Source: Alphaproteobacteria bacterium
Lineage (GTDB): Bacteria; Pseudomonadota; Alphaproteobacteria; GCA-2731375
Reading direction: 5' to 3'
NCBI GenBank assembly: GCA_965232515.1
Contig: CBDDPY010000002.1
Span: forward strand, 6,944,001-7,008,000
DNA length: 64,000 bases
The notes under the pieces were generated by a model. That model had not been told where the DNA came from. It did no database searches and saw only the letters and a program-made list of their open reading frames with translations. A program made the position numbers and the translations under genes. Of this stretch, positions 38,023 to 47,625 are shown piece after piece (the first letter of the stretch is position 1; each line of letters opens with the position of its first letter).

Positions 38023-38334
38023 TCAACGAGAGTTGCGGGAGATGCCGTCGGATGCCGCGGTTGCGGCGCGCAGCACATAAGGTAAGAGGAACGCCAATGT
38101 CAGACCTGCGGCGGTCAGCGTGCCGAACCATCCCACGACGCCGGTTGCTACTCCCCAAGCGCGGATAGAAAAGGCAAGAGACAATCCGAGACAGAGCCAG
38201 CCGATAATGCGAAGGGCGGTACGCGCCAACGGAGTCTGGTGGCCTGTCCAAACCAGCCGCTGCCGCCATTGCATCGCGAGCCAAAGTCCGACGAAGCCCG
38301 AATAGGCTAGTAACAGGGCAAGCGCTGCGTTCAT
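38023..38334 (-). CDS. DUF3325-like small membrane protein
   Basis: Y.GF..L.LAM..., G...G...WFG.LT; ATGA-coupled to the PepSY-TM gene. Confidence 0.75.
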   Translation of the reverse strand: MNAALALLLAYSGFVGLWLAMQWRQRLVWTGHQTPLARTALRIIGWLCLGLSLAFSIRAWGVATGVVGWFGTLTAAGLTLAFLLPYVLRAATAASDGISRNSR

Positions 38335-39911
38335 GAGCGGCGCTCCGCCCGCACTTGAGATGACGCGACTGCGAACCGAGCCGAATGTCTTGGGCTCGAA
38401 CGGCGACTTATCGAGCGATGGACGTGCAAGGCCAAGTAGGCGAGGAGCAGACCAATGGCCAATGCGGCCAGGTCGAAACCCGCTAGAACCCAATTCCTAT
38501 TCGCCAAGGTGACGCCGAGATGAGCGCTGGTCGTCACCGCGTTCAGAATTGGCAAGGCGAAAAAGAGAAGTGCGGCGAAAGCGAGTTGCTCTGACCATGC
38601 CCTTTCAATGGGACGTACAATGGCGTGGGCGCCAGCTAACAGCCATGCCGCAAAAAAGACGGTGACTTCCCAATCAGGACGCTGAGCAATGCTCACTGGC
38701 AGAAGTCGATTGGCCCAGAAGAAAGCGGCGATGGCGATCGGCAACCCAACGATCGTTCCGACATTGAGGTTTTCCACGAGCCGCCGGCCAAAGCCTATCC
38801 GCGATTTATCAGTTTTCGGGCAACGCTTGACGGCCCAAAGCAAAAGGCCGGTCCCAATCATGGCGGTCCCGGCCATGCCCGAAAGGAAATATAGGAGCCG
38901 CAACAACGGATCGGCGAAGCGTCCCATATGCAGTCCGTACATGACGCCCTTTGTTTCGGCGGCCCACATCGTGTTGTCCATTGCAGCGACGACATCGCCC
39001 GAGACGCCATCGAAAGTGATCTTTCTGCGTTGGTAGGCGATCTGCGCCGAATCCGAGGCCGTCAATTCTATGAGCGCGTTGGCGTCTCCCGGTCGATGGA
39101 TATCGATGCGGCCAACCGTTACGCCGTCCCATCGCCGCGATGCTTCATCGAGGATTGGACCAAGCGCCACGAGAGGCGCAGAGATGTTGGAAGGTTCGAC
39201 ATTGATCGTGCTGAGCGCCATCTCTGAACGGAACGCGCGATCATCGCCTTGATAGACAATGTCTTTGCCCCACGGCATGTAGAGAAACATCAAAGTGATC
39301 AGCCCGGTGTACGTGATCATCAGGTGAAATGGCAGCGCCATCACGCCAACGATGTTGTGCGCATCGAGCCAGGAGCGCTGGGCGTTTTTGCCGGGCCTGA
39401 ACGTGAAGAAATCCTTGAAGATACGCCGGTGCGTGATCACGCCGCTAACGAGCGCAACGAGCATGATGATGGTAGCCGCCCCAACGATTAGCCGCCCCCA
39501 AACGGACGGCATATGCAGGTCGAAGTGGAAGTAATACAGAAAGTCGCCGCCATGAGTGGGGCGGGCTACGATGGGCGCTCCGGTCGACGTGTCCAGTGCC
39601 TCGCGATGAAAGGTCGGCTTCTCTCCTGGATCTCGCCAGACAAACAGGTGCGCTACCGGATCTCGATCGTCCGGCAAGTCGATAAGCCATCGACGTGCGT
39701 CCGGAGCGATCGTCCGCAGTCTGCTTAAAGCAACGGATGTCGCGTCCCGAGACGGAGCCATCTGACTGAGCTCAGGCTGCATCCACTGGGAAATCTCTTG
39801 TCGATAGACGCTTGCGGTTCCCGTGAGGAAGATGGCGAAAAGGAGCCACCCCACGACAAGACCGGACCAGGTGTGGAGCCACGCCATCGATTGTCGGAAA
39901 CCTGCCTTCAT
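38331..39911 (-). CDS. PepSY-associated TM helix protein (FoxB/PiuB-like iron reductase family)
   Basis: FRQSMAWLHTWSGL, FLY.FHF.L, WLDAHN..G, GLH.GRF. Confidence 0.88.
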   Translation of the reverse strand: MKAGFRQSMAWLHTWSGLVVGWLLFAIFLTGTASVYRQEISQWMQPELSQMAPSRDATSVALSRLRTIAPDARRWLIDLPDDRDPVAHLFVWRDPGEKPTFHREALDTSTGAPIVARPTHGGDFLYYFHFDLHMPSVWGRLIVGAATIIMLVALVSGVITHRRIFKDFFTFRPGKNAQRSWLDAHNIVGVMALPFHLMITYTGLITLMFLYMPWGKDIVYQGDDRAFRSEMALSTINVEPSNISAPLVALGPILDEASRRWDGVTVGRIDIHRPGDANALIELTASDSAQIAYQRRKITFDGVSGDVVAAMDNTMWAAETKGVMYGLHMGRFADPLLRLLYFLSGMAGTAMIGTGLLLWAVKRCPKTDKSRIGFGRRLVENLNVGTIVGLPIAIAAFFWANRLLPVSIAQRPDWEVTVFFAAWLLAGAHAIVRPIERAWSEQLAFAALLFFALPILNAVTTSAHLGVTLANRNWVLAGFDLAALAIGLLLAYLALHVHRSISRRSSPRHSARFAVASSQVRAERRS

Positions 39912-40210
39912 AACATGGTCCCGACCTTATGAACGGCGATGAGCATACCAAGCAGTGCAGCGCATAAAACCAGGCCGGCCCAGGCACGAGCGGCGCTTGG
40001 GGCGGAGAAAACCCACAAGATCACGGAAACATAGATGACGAAACTCGCCATCGTCCCGACAAGCACGGCCTCGGCGCGCGCCATTGGCAGAACGATCGAG
40101 AAGCATACGGCCGCCAGCGACGACAGTGCGTAGCCGCCGACCGCAGCAGCGACGACGCGGGATATGATCTGTATCCACACGCCGCGGTTCTTGATAGGGC
40201 TGGTAGGCAC
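39908..40210 (-). CDS. DUF3649-like iron-uptake membrane protein
   Basis: SRV.AA..GGY, R.EAV..G.M.SF..Y....LWVF...SA.RAW; start uncertain. Confidence 0.75.
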   Translation of the reverse strand: MPTSPIKNRGVWIQIISRVVAAAVGGYALSSLAAVCFSIVLPMARAEAVLVGTMASFVIYVSVILWVFSAPSAARAWAGLVLCAALLGMLIAVHKVGTML

Positions 40211-40301
40211 GTTGAGAACACCGGGTTGTCGCGTAGTCGGCGTTCCCTGCAACGTCACCATCGGAACTCTAAAGGCGCGATCACGTTGCATCCGTTTCCT
40301 A

Positions 40302-42755
40302 TCACCAGGTCGCACGGACGCTCAGCAAGAATGCGCGGGGCTCGCCATAGAAGTTCTGGCGACGAGCATCGCTCACTTTTTCGTAGTACTTCTCGTCAAA
40401 GAGATTCGTGACCGTAAAGGCACCCTCTAAATGCTCCGACAGGCGATAGCCAATCTGAGCGGATACCGTCGCATAACCGTCCTCAACGAAACGAACGCTG
40501 CCACTCTCTGAGTAGAACTGGCTAACCCATTTCACGCCTCCGCCAACACTTAAGCCATCAAGCGGGTCTTTGGAGAACTCGTATTTGGTCCACAAATTGA
40601 ATTTGTGTTTGGGCGTGAAAGTCGCGAAGGTCTGCCCCTCTTGCGTGGCCGCCGCGGTCACATACTCGGTCGTCGTATAGGCATAGCCGACCAGTATGTC
40701 CCACCCAGGAAGTGGACTGCCGCTCACCTCCGCCTCGAAACCTTCGCTGCGCACTTCGCCCGCCGCGATGGAGAACATCGGATTGCTGGGGTCTTGTAAG
40801 GCCCGGTTTTGATCTTCGATACGGTAGGCGGCAAGATGGCCCAAAACCGCGCCGTCCAGGAACTCGGCCTTTAGGCCGATCTCGTACTGATCTCCGGTTC
40901 TCGGCTCGAGCAAGTCTCCAGACGCCGTGCTCGCAGACTGCGGTTCGAAAATCGATGCATAAGATCCGTAGACAGAGATATTGGTGTTCAAGTCGGCAAC
41001 CAGCGCAACATAAGGCGTGACCTCCCCGTCAACGCTCTGCCGATCTCCTGAAAAAGAGACCTGCCGCCACCAGCTTGCCCGCCCGCCGACGACGATCGTG
41101 CCCCAGTTGATCGGTTTCATTCGGAGCTGGCCGTAGACGCCATACTGTTCCTGTTCGGACTCAGTAGGGTCGAATGGGGCGAAATCCGGCTCCGGAATGT
41201 CGTGGACGGGGTTGAAGATGTTTGACGAAAAGGCAGGGCCTACGGCGAAATGCGTTCTCTTCTCCTCATACTCGCGATAGTCAGCGCCTATGAGGATGTT
41301 GTGTGTCTGTCCGCCGAGTTCGAAAGGTGTGGCGCCATGAGCATCCACGGTTATCGTCTCGCGGTCGCGGCCCCATTCAACCCTTTGGATGGCGAAGTCG
41401 CCGGTGACCGGATCGATCGCGCTATTAGCCCGGGCGGCACGGTAGTACATCGTCCGATCCACTTTTCTACCCGACGCTTGCAAATGGCCACCGTTTTCCA
41501 ATCGATGGTTCAACTCTATGAAGTAGTCGCCGGTCGTAATTTCCTGCCGGTTCCAATCAGCGCCCGTGAAGGTCGAACGATCAACGTCGGCCAATGTTCC
41601 GTCAGCGAAAGCTGGGAGACCCTGATCCATCACCGAGTCGATATCCTGATAAGTCGCTCCCACCGACAATGTCGTCATGTCCGTGACATCAAGCTCGACG
41701 GTGCCATAGGTGAGCCACTTTTCCGACCCGACGATATCGACAAACGAGTCCCGATCGTCATAAAGCCCGACGATCCGAGCGCGCAAACGTCCAGAGTCGA
41801 CTAAGGGCCCCGCAACATCCAACTCACCGCGGTACGTATTCCACGATCCGACCAGAGCTCCCGCCGCCGCAGCAAACTCAGTACTCGGACGTTTGCGCAC
41901 GAGATTGATCGTGGCGCCGGGCTCACCGGGCCCTTGGAACAGACCGGCCGGCCCTCGCAACACTTCGATTCTGTCGTAGATCGCCAGGTCGAGGCTCGTT
42001 GCGATGTTGCCATCCGCCGACGTTGATACGCCGTCAAGGAGCACCGAGTTAGCCTCATATCCACGGGCCGTGATCCTGTTGAAATGCCCGGCGCCATCGA
42101 ACCTCTGGACCGTCATACCTGTGGTCTGCTTCATGGCATCCTGAAGCGTCGTGAAATTCTGATCGTCCATCCGTTGCCGGGTCACGACACTGACGGATTG
42201 GGGCGTTTCACGGATACTGGTCGGTATCTTCGAACCAACGGAAACTCTCGAACCTGTATATGAACCGGTGCCTTCGGTTCGGCCGGGATCGGCCGGGGAG
42301 GCAGCCTCCACCGTGATAGGCCTGAGCCGCATCGGCCCATCGCCTTCTTGCGCCACGTCGCGCTCCAGCGTGACGGCATTGGCGCTGGTATAGCGGTAAC
42401 TCAGGCCGCTCCCTGCCACGAGCCGTTCGAGCGCCTGTCTGGCCGTAAAAGCCCCGCGCAGCGCCGGCGCCGTATGATCATATGTCGATGTTTCGGTATA
42501 GAGCACCTGCAGGCCGGTTACGGCGGAGAAGTCGGCGATGGCCCGCGGCAATGGTTTGGACGGGATATCGAACTCGTAAGTCTGCTCGGCCTGGGCCAAG
42601 CGGACGGCGCCAGCGCCCACCTCATCAACCTGACTCCGCGCCACAGCCGGCGATACCGCCGTTAATGCCAGCGCTGATGCGCCCGCCAGCAACCAAACAC
42701 ACCAAATACCCCTTACGCCCCCCGCAACTGAAACCACGTCCTTGTCTCCTTCCAC
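40302..42755 (-). CDS. TonB-dependent siderophore receptor/transducer (FhuE/FpvA-like) with STN domain
   Basis: STN domain, TEGTGSY, RETPQSVSVVTRQ, YDRIEVLRGPAGL, NLFDEKYY, YGEPR, terminal Trp. Confidence 0.92.
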   Translation of the reverse strand: MEGDKDVVSVAGGVRGIWCVWLLAGASALALTAVSPAVARSQVDEVGAGAVRLAQAEQTYEFDIPSKPLPRAIADFSAVTGLQVLYTETSTYDHTAPALRGAFTARQALERLVAGSGLSYRYTSANAVTLERDVAQEGDGPMRLRPITVEAASPADPGRTEGTGSYTGSRVSVGSKIPTSIRETPQSVSVVTRQRMDDQNFTTLQDAMKQTTGMTVQRFDGAGHFNRITARGYEANSVLLDGVSTSADGNIATSLDLAIYDRIEVLRGPAGLFQGPGEPGATINLVRKRPSTEFAAAAGALVGSWNTYRGELDVAGPLVDSGRLRARIVGLYDDRDSFVDIVGSEKWLTYGTVELDVTDMTTLSVGATYQDIDSVMDQGLPAFADGTLADVDRSTFTGADWNRQEITTGDYFIELNHRLENGGHLQASGRKVDRTMYYRAARANSAIDPVTGDFAIQRVEWGRDRETITVDAHGATPFELGGQTHNILIGADYREYEEKRTHFAVGPAFSSNIFNPVHDIPEPDFAPFDPTESEQEQYGVYGQLRMKPINWGTIVVGGRASWWRQVSFSGDRQSVDGEVTPYVALVADLNTNISVYGSYASIFEPQSASTASGDLLEPRTGDQYEIGLKAEFLDGAVLGHLAAYRIEDQNRALQDPSNPMFSIAAGEVRSEGFEAEVSGSPLPGWDILVGYAYTTTEYVTAAATQEGQTFATFTPKHKFNLWTKYEFSKDPLDGLSVGGGVKWVSQFYSESGSVRFVEDGYATVSAQIGYRLSEHLEGAFTVTNLFDEKYYEKVSDARRQNFYGEPRAFLLSVRATW

Positions 42756-42765
42756 ACAAATTACG

Positions 42766-42783
42766 AATGAGAAGCATTCGCAT
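42766..42783. promoter_or_regulatory. Fur-like box upstream of the siderophore receptor
   Basis: AATGAGAAGCATTCGCAT. Confidence 0.65.
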
Positions 42784-42863
42784 CATTGATATGACCGGTG
42801 AGACAGGGCAAATCCCCCTAACTGCGAGAGTCCTTTTTTGGGGGCGGTGGAAAGCGACGGCGC

Positions 42864-43868
42864 TTAGCGCAGCAGCACCAGAAAATCCGTCATGCGGGTC
42901 ACGCGCACGGGTAGTGTGTCGGCGATGACTCCAAGTGCTGCGTCCGGATCGTCGGTTGCGAACACACCGCTAACCTTCAGATCTTCAAGGCCGCCGTCTA
43001 CGATGACGATATGCCCGCCGCGATACCGGTTCAGTTCGGCGATGACCTCGCGCAGGGGGGTGTTGAAGAAAACGAGCTGACCGCGCAACCACGCCGTGGC
43101 GGCGGTCTTGTCCAGGGTGATCGGGTCGGAGATTGCGCCATCGGACAGATGTGCTTGTTGCCCCGCATTCAAAGCAAGATAAGAGGGGGCGCCACGGTCC
43201 GGCTTGGCGGAGAGTTCAAGCTGTCCCTCGGTCAGCGTCACGATTGCTCCATCGTCTTCCAGACGCACGCCGAAACTTGTGCCCGTGACGCGAATATCGC
43301 CTTCCGTCATCTCTACCAGGAAGGGATGGTCTCCGTCCGGGCTTACGTCAAACCAGGCTTCGCCGCGCAGCAGGCGAACCCGCCGCTCGTCTGTCTCCAG
43401 GTTGACTGAAATCGCACTGTCCGTGTTCAGCATAACCCGGCTGCCATCCACCAGAGTGATCTGTGTTCGCTCGCCGACCGATGTCATATGATCGCTATTC
43501 AGTCGGATCATGACGTCATTGCGGTAAATCACGCCCGTCATCATCACGATGGCCAGACACGCGGCCAGGACCGCCGGTCCACGTGGAAATGCTCCGAAGC
43601 CAGACGGCTCCCGCCTGGTAAGCGCAGGTTTCTGATTGATCACCTGTTTGACGGGCGCTTCAAGCGCATTCCAGAGACTCTTGGTCTCCTCGAAGGCGCG
43701 CGCGTGACGCGGGTCGGCGGCCATCCACTGATCGAATTGAGCCCGTTGGGACGCCGCCGCGGCAGGATCGCTGTCGGGTTCTCGCAGGCGCGCGTGCCAG
43801 ATGGCCGCAGCTTCCAGAATGGTATCCGGAAGCTCTTCCGGTTTGCCTCTTCGACTTTCAGACGTCAT
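42864..43868 (-). CDS. fecR: FecR family anti-sigma/sensor
   Basis: AA.WHARL, F..W.AADPRH, L.DGS.V.LNTDS, GEAWF.V, AW.RGQLVF. Confidence 0.92.
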   Translation of the reverse strand: MTSESRRGKPEELPDTILEAAAIWHARLREPDSDPAAAASQRAQFDQWMAADPRHARAFEETKSLWNALEAPVKQVINQKPALTRREPSGFGAFPRGPAVLAACLAIVMMTGVIYRNDVMIRLNSDHMTSVGERTQITLVDGSRVMLNTDSAISVNLETDERRVRLLRGEAWFDVSPDGDHPFLVEMTEGDIRVTGTSFGVRLEDDGAIVTLTEGQLELSAKPDRGAPSYLALNAGQQAHLSDGAISDPITLDKTAATAWLRGQLVFFNTPLREVIAELNRYRGGHIVIVDGGLEDLKVSGVFATDDPDAALGVIADTLPVRVTRMTDFLVLLR

Positions 43869-44027
43869 GCCATGCCGTTCTCGCGAAGAGCGATGTAAAA
43901 GTGTCGCCGTAGCTTGGCGGCGTTTTTCTCAAACACATCGAACTGATGCTTCTATGACGGTTCCGCGCATGCAAATCCCCCCAAGCCAAAAAGTACACGT
44001 ACTGAAAAACCCACATACGGCGGCGCA

Positions 44028-44561
44028 TCAAAACTCGCGCCCCGCGTCCCTCAGCCTCTTCCGGCAATGAACCATGGCCCGGGCAATCTGGTTTTCCACG
44101 GTCTTTTCCGAGATACTTAGCCGCTGCGCGATCTGGCGCATCGTCAACCCCTGGCCCCGATAGAGAATGAAGATATGCCGGCGTTTGGCGGGTAACTCCT
44201 GAACCGCCGCGGCCAGGGTCGCGAGTTCCTGCCGCGCCGCCACTTCCGTCTCCGGCGACAGGACATCGCACACCGTCTGATCGGCTGCAATTCCCGCTTC
44301 CCGGTCGGACCGCACGGTTTCACGCTTCAGGTGATCGATCGCCAGATTGCCCGCCATGCGGAAGACATAGGCCTTGGCGTTCTCCGGCATCGCGGCGGCG
44401 CTGGTGCTTGCGCGAACCCAAGTGTCCTGGACAACGTCGTCAGCCAAGCTCTCCGAGCCGGTTCGGCGTCGGACGAAACGGCGCAAATCCTCATAATAGG
44501 CTTCGACAGCCTGCGCCAAAGTTTTGAACCGGATCTGCGTCATTCCATTGGCCGTGTTCAA
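44028..44561 (-). CDS. fecI: FecI-like ECF sigma factor
   Basis: ADDVVQDTW, AYVFRMA.NLAID, LP.KRR.IF, IA.RL.ISEKTVE. Confidence 0.92.
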   Translation of the reverse strand: MNTANGMTQIRFKTLAQAVEAYYEDLRRFVRRRTGSESLADDVVQDTWVRASTSAAAMPENAKAYVFRMAGNLAIDHLKRETVRSDREAGIAADQTVCDVLSPETEVAARQELATLAAAVQELPAKRRHIFILYRGQGLTMRQIAQRLSISEKTVENQIARAMVHCRKRLRDAGREF

Positions 44562-44644
44562 CCCACACCGAATGCGCCGACGTCACCTGCAACGTCGACC
44601 CGTCCGTGTTCGTTCAAAGCGGTGAAAAACCTACCCTATGATAG

Positions 44645-44662
44645 ATGCGAGTCATTCTCAAT
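44645..44662. promoter_or_regulatory. Fur-like box upstream of the second fecI
   Basis: ATGCGAGTCATTCTCAAT. Confidence 0.65.
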
Positions 44663-44913
44663 AGGAGGAATCCCGTCAACGAACGCCCTGACGCTTGGGG
44701 GAAACCGGCCGCCGCACCAGTCATACCTGTAAGCGCATCGCTTGCATTACGCTTCGAGTGCGGCGGTGAGATCAAACTGTGGATCAGGTCATTTGTTGCG
44801 GAAATGGGAGCCGGCAGGGCGATTTCATGGCTAATGAAGAGGAAGCAAACGAAAAAGTCCGTCCTCTGGGTGGGCCGCGAAGTGTAAGGAAATCGGCGTG
44901 CTCTTCGTGCAGC

Positions 44914-45522
44914 ATGTTTTTATCGCCGCAAAATTCGGTCCTGATTGTTATCGACCCTCTAAAGTCCATCGTCTCTGGCTTTAATCCATCGATAAAGAAA
45001 GAGCTGGGGGCGAAAACGACCGCACTTCTCAGGGCGGCGACCAACTTGAACATCGCCGTCATTGTCTCGGCGCTCGGGGTTGACGGTGACACCGCTGAGT
45101 TGATCGAAGGCACGAGGATCGAAAGCGATGGCTGCCAGGTCATATGGCGCGAAACGGTCAGTCCTTGGGATGGGGGTGAGTTGCTGTCACAGCTTGAATG
45201 CTATAGCCGCCCCGCATTGGTAATCGCCGGTGTAGCAGGGACCCCCTCCATCGCGCTGACCATCCTTGGTGCGTTGCAGGAGGGCTATGACGTCCATTTC
45301 CCCACCGACATTTGTGTAGATGCATCACGAAGCCTCGATGCCGAGATCTTCCCCCTACGTCTGGCTCTGGCGGGTGCTGTGCCGACGACGCTCAATCAGG
45401 TTCTCGCCGAATGGGCGCGAGACGATCCAAAGTCCGTATGCCGCGCCGTTCTTGCCGACAGCGACCAAAAACCAAATCTTCAGATAGCGTTTTGGCGCTT
45501 ATTGGACGGTTTGAACAAGTAG
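44914..45522 (+). CDS. Divergent isochorismatase-superfamily (YcaC-like) protein
   Basis: LSPQNSVLIVID, R..VSPWD, LVIAG, AL.EGYDV, RL..AGAVPTT...V.AEW.RD; start uncertain (44827 possible). Confidence 0.7.
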   Translation: MFLSPQNSVLIVIDPLKSIVSGFNPSIKKELGAKTTALLRAATNLNIAVIVSALGVDGDTAELIEGTRIESDGCQVIWRETVSPWDGGELLSQLECYSRPALVIAGVAGTPSIALTILGALQEGYDVHFPTDICVDASRSLDAEIFPLRLALAGAVPTTLNQVLAEWARDDPKSVCRAVLADSDQKPNLQIAFWRLLDGLNK

Positions 45523-45669
45523 CGCAGCTATTTGCGCACCGCATTCCTTATTCAAAGGAGTTTGGAATCCGCAGGCTGTCGAGGCTTCAATGACAATCAT
45601 AGGACAAGCATGCTGGGATGAAGATTCGGCATACCGCCTATGGGTTGATCAGAAACGCGATCTGTCAGT

Positions 45670-46116
45670 TCATCCGGCTTTTTTGTCTCGGTCGTTTCGG
45701 ACTTCGACTGCAAGGTCCGTCAACGCCGAACGGACGTCCGAGGCGGCTCTGTCGAGTTTCTCAGCAAGTGCGGCCAGTTCCCGCCGGTCGGAGGCTTCCG
45801 GGCCGCACTGCACCCGAGCCAGCATGGATTTCAGGAGATCGTCGATTGCGCATTGCGGCAGCGGGCCATTGTGGCCGGCAAGCGCCAGGAGCACTGGTTC
45901 CGGCAACGCATCGCTCTGAAGACAGACGGTTCCGTCCGGTGTCAGCGCGTTCTCGAGTTCGAGAACGCGGGCCAGTTCGACCAAAATCGGCGCAAGCGGG
46001 AATTTGAGCGTAGCGAGCTGGCTTGCGCCCGCGGCCTTATACCCCACCGTCAGGGTCGAACTCTCGGCCGAGTCGCTCCAATCGATTTCGACAAAAGGCT
46101 GTCCCTGGGATGGCAC
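45670..46116 (-). CDS. Hypothetical protein divergent from the XRE regulator
   Basis: 148-aa ORF filling the gap; no recognised motif. Confidence 0.5.
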   Translation of the reverse strand: MPSQGQPFVEIDWSDSAESSTLTVGYKAAGASQLATLKFPLAPILVELARVLELENALTPDGTVCLQSDALPEPVLLALAGHNGPLPQCAIDDLLKSMLARVQCGPEASDRRELAALAEKLDRAASDVRSALTDLAVEVRNDRDKKAG

Positions 46117-46189
46117 GTTCGAACGTCGCCCCGCTTTTTCTTAGTTGAATGGCCCCTAACGCCCCTATTTTGCAAGGGCGATCCGAATC

Positions 46190-46219
46190 CCTAGTATACT
46201 AGGTGGCAATATACTAGGT
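46190..46219 (+). promoter_or_regulatory. C-box-like tandem operator
   Basis: Perfect palindrome CCTAGTATACTAGG (46190-46203) and repeat TATACTAGGT at 46195 and 46210 (15-bp period), about 20 nt before the XRE ATG. Confidence 0.7.
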
Positions 46220-46238
46220 ACGGCGGCTGTCTTTCGCA

Positions 46239-46457
46239 ATGACGTTGCGAGAGACAGTAGCAAGAAATTTGCGCCGAATCAGGGCCGAAAAGGGTGTTAG
46301 TCAGGAAGAATTGGCTGACCAGGCGGATATGAATCGCAATTATGTTGGCATGATCGAGCGCTGCGAGAACGCGGCTACGGTCGATACGCTGGAACGGTTC
46401 GCCGAAGCCCTTAAGGTCGATCCGGTCGAGTTCTTCTCACCACCGAAAAAGGGCTAA
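46239..46457 (+). CDS. Small XRE-family HTH regulator (controller C-protein/QseC-like)
   Basis: 72 aa, NLRRIR..KG.SQEELA..A...RNYVG.IER.E...T..TL...A.AL.V; no obvious RBS. Confidence 0.9.
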   Translation: MTLRETVARNLRRIRAEKGVSQEELADQADMNRNYVGMIERCENAATVDTLERFAEALKVDPVEFFSPPKKG

Positions 46458-46556
46458 ACGGCTCTCTCCTACGCCGTCTCCATCGCTTTCCCACATGAAC
46501 CATCCGTGCCGTCTTCAGTAAGGCTGGCCCCGTGTTCCTCCGGGGAATCCCTCCTG

Positions 46557-46662
46557 CCCAGAAAGTGAAAGTCTCCCTCCCGCCGGGCGAAGCCCGGCGT
46601 CCTGAAAAGCAAAGCAGCCGGAGCTTCTTGTCGCCACCTGACCTGAAGGAGACCGGCCCATG
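46557..46662 (+). repeat. Conserved leader, copy A
   Basis: AAAGTGAAAGTC-N8-GCCGGGC GAA GCCCGGC-N6-AAAAGCAAAG..GCCGGAGCTTCT...AAGGAGACCGGCCC-ATG. Confidence 0.85.
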
Positions 46663-47538
46663 CCCGCCGCCACAAAGGAGAATCCCCATTCTTCAATAGA
46701 TACGCCGTTTTCGCTGCCTGAAGGCAACGTGCAAATCGCATTTTCCGGAGGCAGATCGTCTGCTTACATGTTGCATCATATTTTGCAGGCGAATGGCTCG
46801 CTCCCCAACAGTGTGCAAGTGCTGTTCACTAACACCGGCCGCGAGTTCAACGAATCCCTCAACTTCGTTCAGGAATGCGCGTCCCGTTGGCAAGTGCCGA
46901 TCACCTGGTTGGAATACCGTCCGGACCCGCCTTATTTCGAGACGGTCAGCCATAACACCGCTTCGCGAAATGGGGAGCCGTTCGAGGCACTCATTAAAAA
47001 GCGACGCTACCTTCCAAATCAGCATGCGCGCTTTTGCACGGCGGAACTCAAGGTGCGTACGGCCTCACGATATCTTCGCTCAAAGGGTTGGGAGCATTGG
47101 ACGACCGTGTTGGGCATCCGCGCCGACGAACCGAAACGGCTAAGCGGACCGCCGCCGCGCGAGCGTTGGACCTGCGCCTATCCGCTCTCAGTGGCTGGCG
47201 TCACACGCAGGTGCGTCGAGGCGTTTTGGAAGCAACAGCCGTTCGACCTCCGACTTCCATCCGTAAATGGACGTACGCCGCTCGGCAATTGCGACGGCTG
47301 TTTTCTGAAGTCGGAGCGCTTGATCGCCTCGCTCATACGGGATTTTCCCGAACGCGCCGATTGGTGGGAGCGCATGGAGCGCGAGACGACGGAGATCGCC
47401 AACAAGCCGTCCGGCGCGCGGTTCTCGAAAAACTACTCAAGATCTGAAATGCGCGATTTCATCGAGCGTCAGTCGGACTGGATCTTCGACGACGGCGTAG
47501 ATCTGTTGTGTGCCGCCAATGGCGGCGATTGCCTTTAG
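46660..47538 (+). CDS. PAPS-reductase-family (PP-loop) protein, phage/mobile-element type
   Basis: AFSGGRSS, F.NTGRE, RFCT.ELK, GIRADE, GNCDGCFLK, WW..ME, terminal C...GGDC. Confidence 0.85.
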   Translation: MPAATKENPHSSIDTPFSLPEGNVQIAFSGGRSSAYMLHHILQANGSLPNSVQVLFTNTGREFNESLNFVQECASRWQVPITWLEYRPDPPYFETVSHNTASRNGEPFEALIKKRRYLPNQHARFCTAELKVRTASRYLRSKGWEHWTTVLGIRADEPKRLSGPPPRERWTCAYPLSVAGVTRRCVEAFWKQQPFDLRLPSVNGRTPLGNCDGCFLKSERLIASLIRDFPERADWWERMERETTEIANKPSGARFSKNYSRSEMRDFIERQSDWIFDDGVDLLCAANGGDCL

Positions 47539-47625
47539 CCCCTCGTCGAAGCGGCATTATTGGGGCGCCACGGACGAGACCGGCAAACCGGCCTCGCTCT
47601 CCCGCGCCATTCCCCGAAACGTTCC

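Noticed and set aside
46660-47538. cysH, or a complete Dnd/Ssp phosphorothioation system
   Set aside because: No cys genes and no dndA/B/D/E or sspA/B/C/E partners in the window
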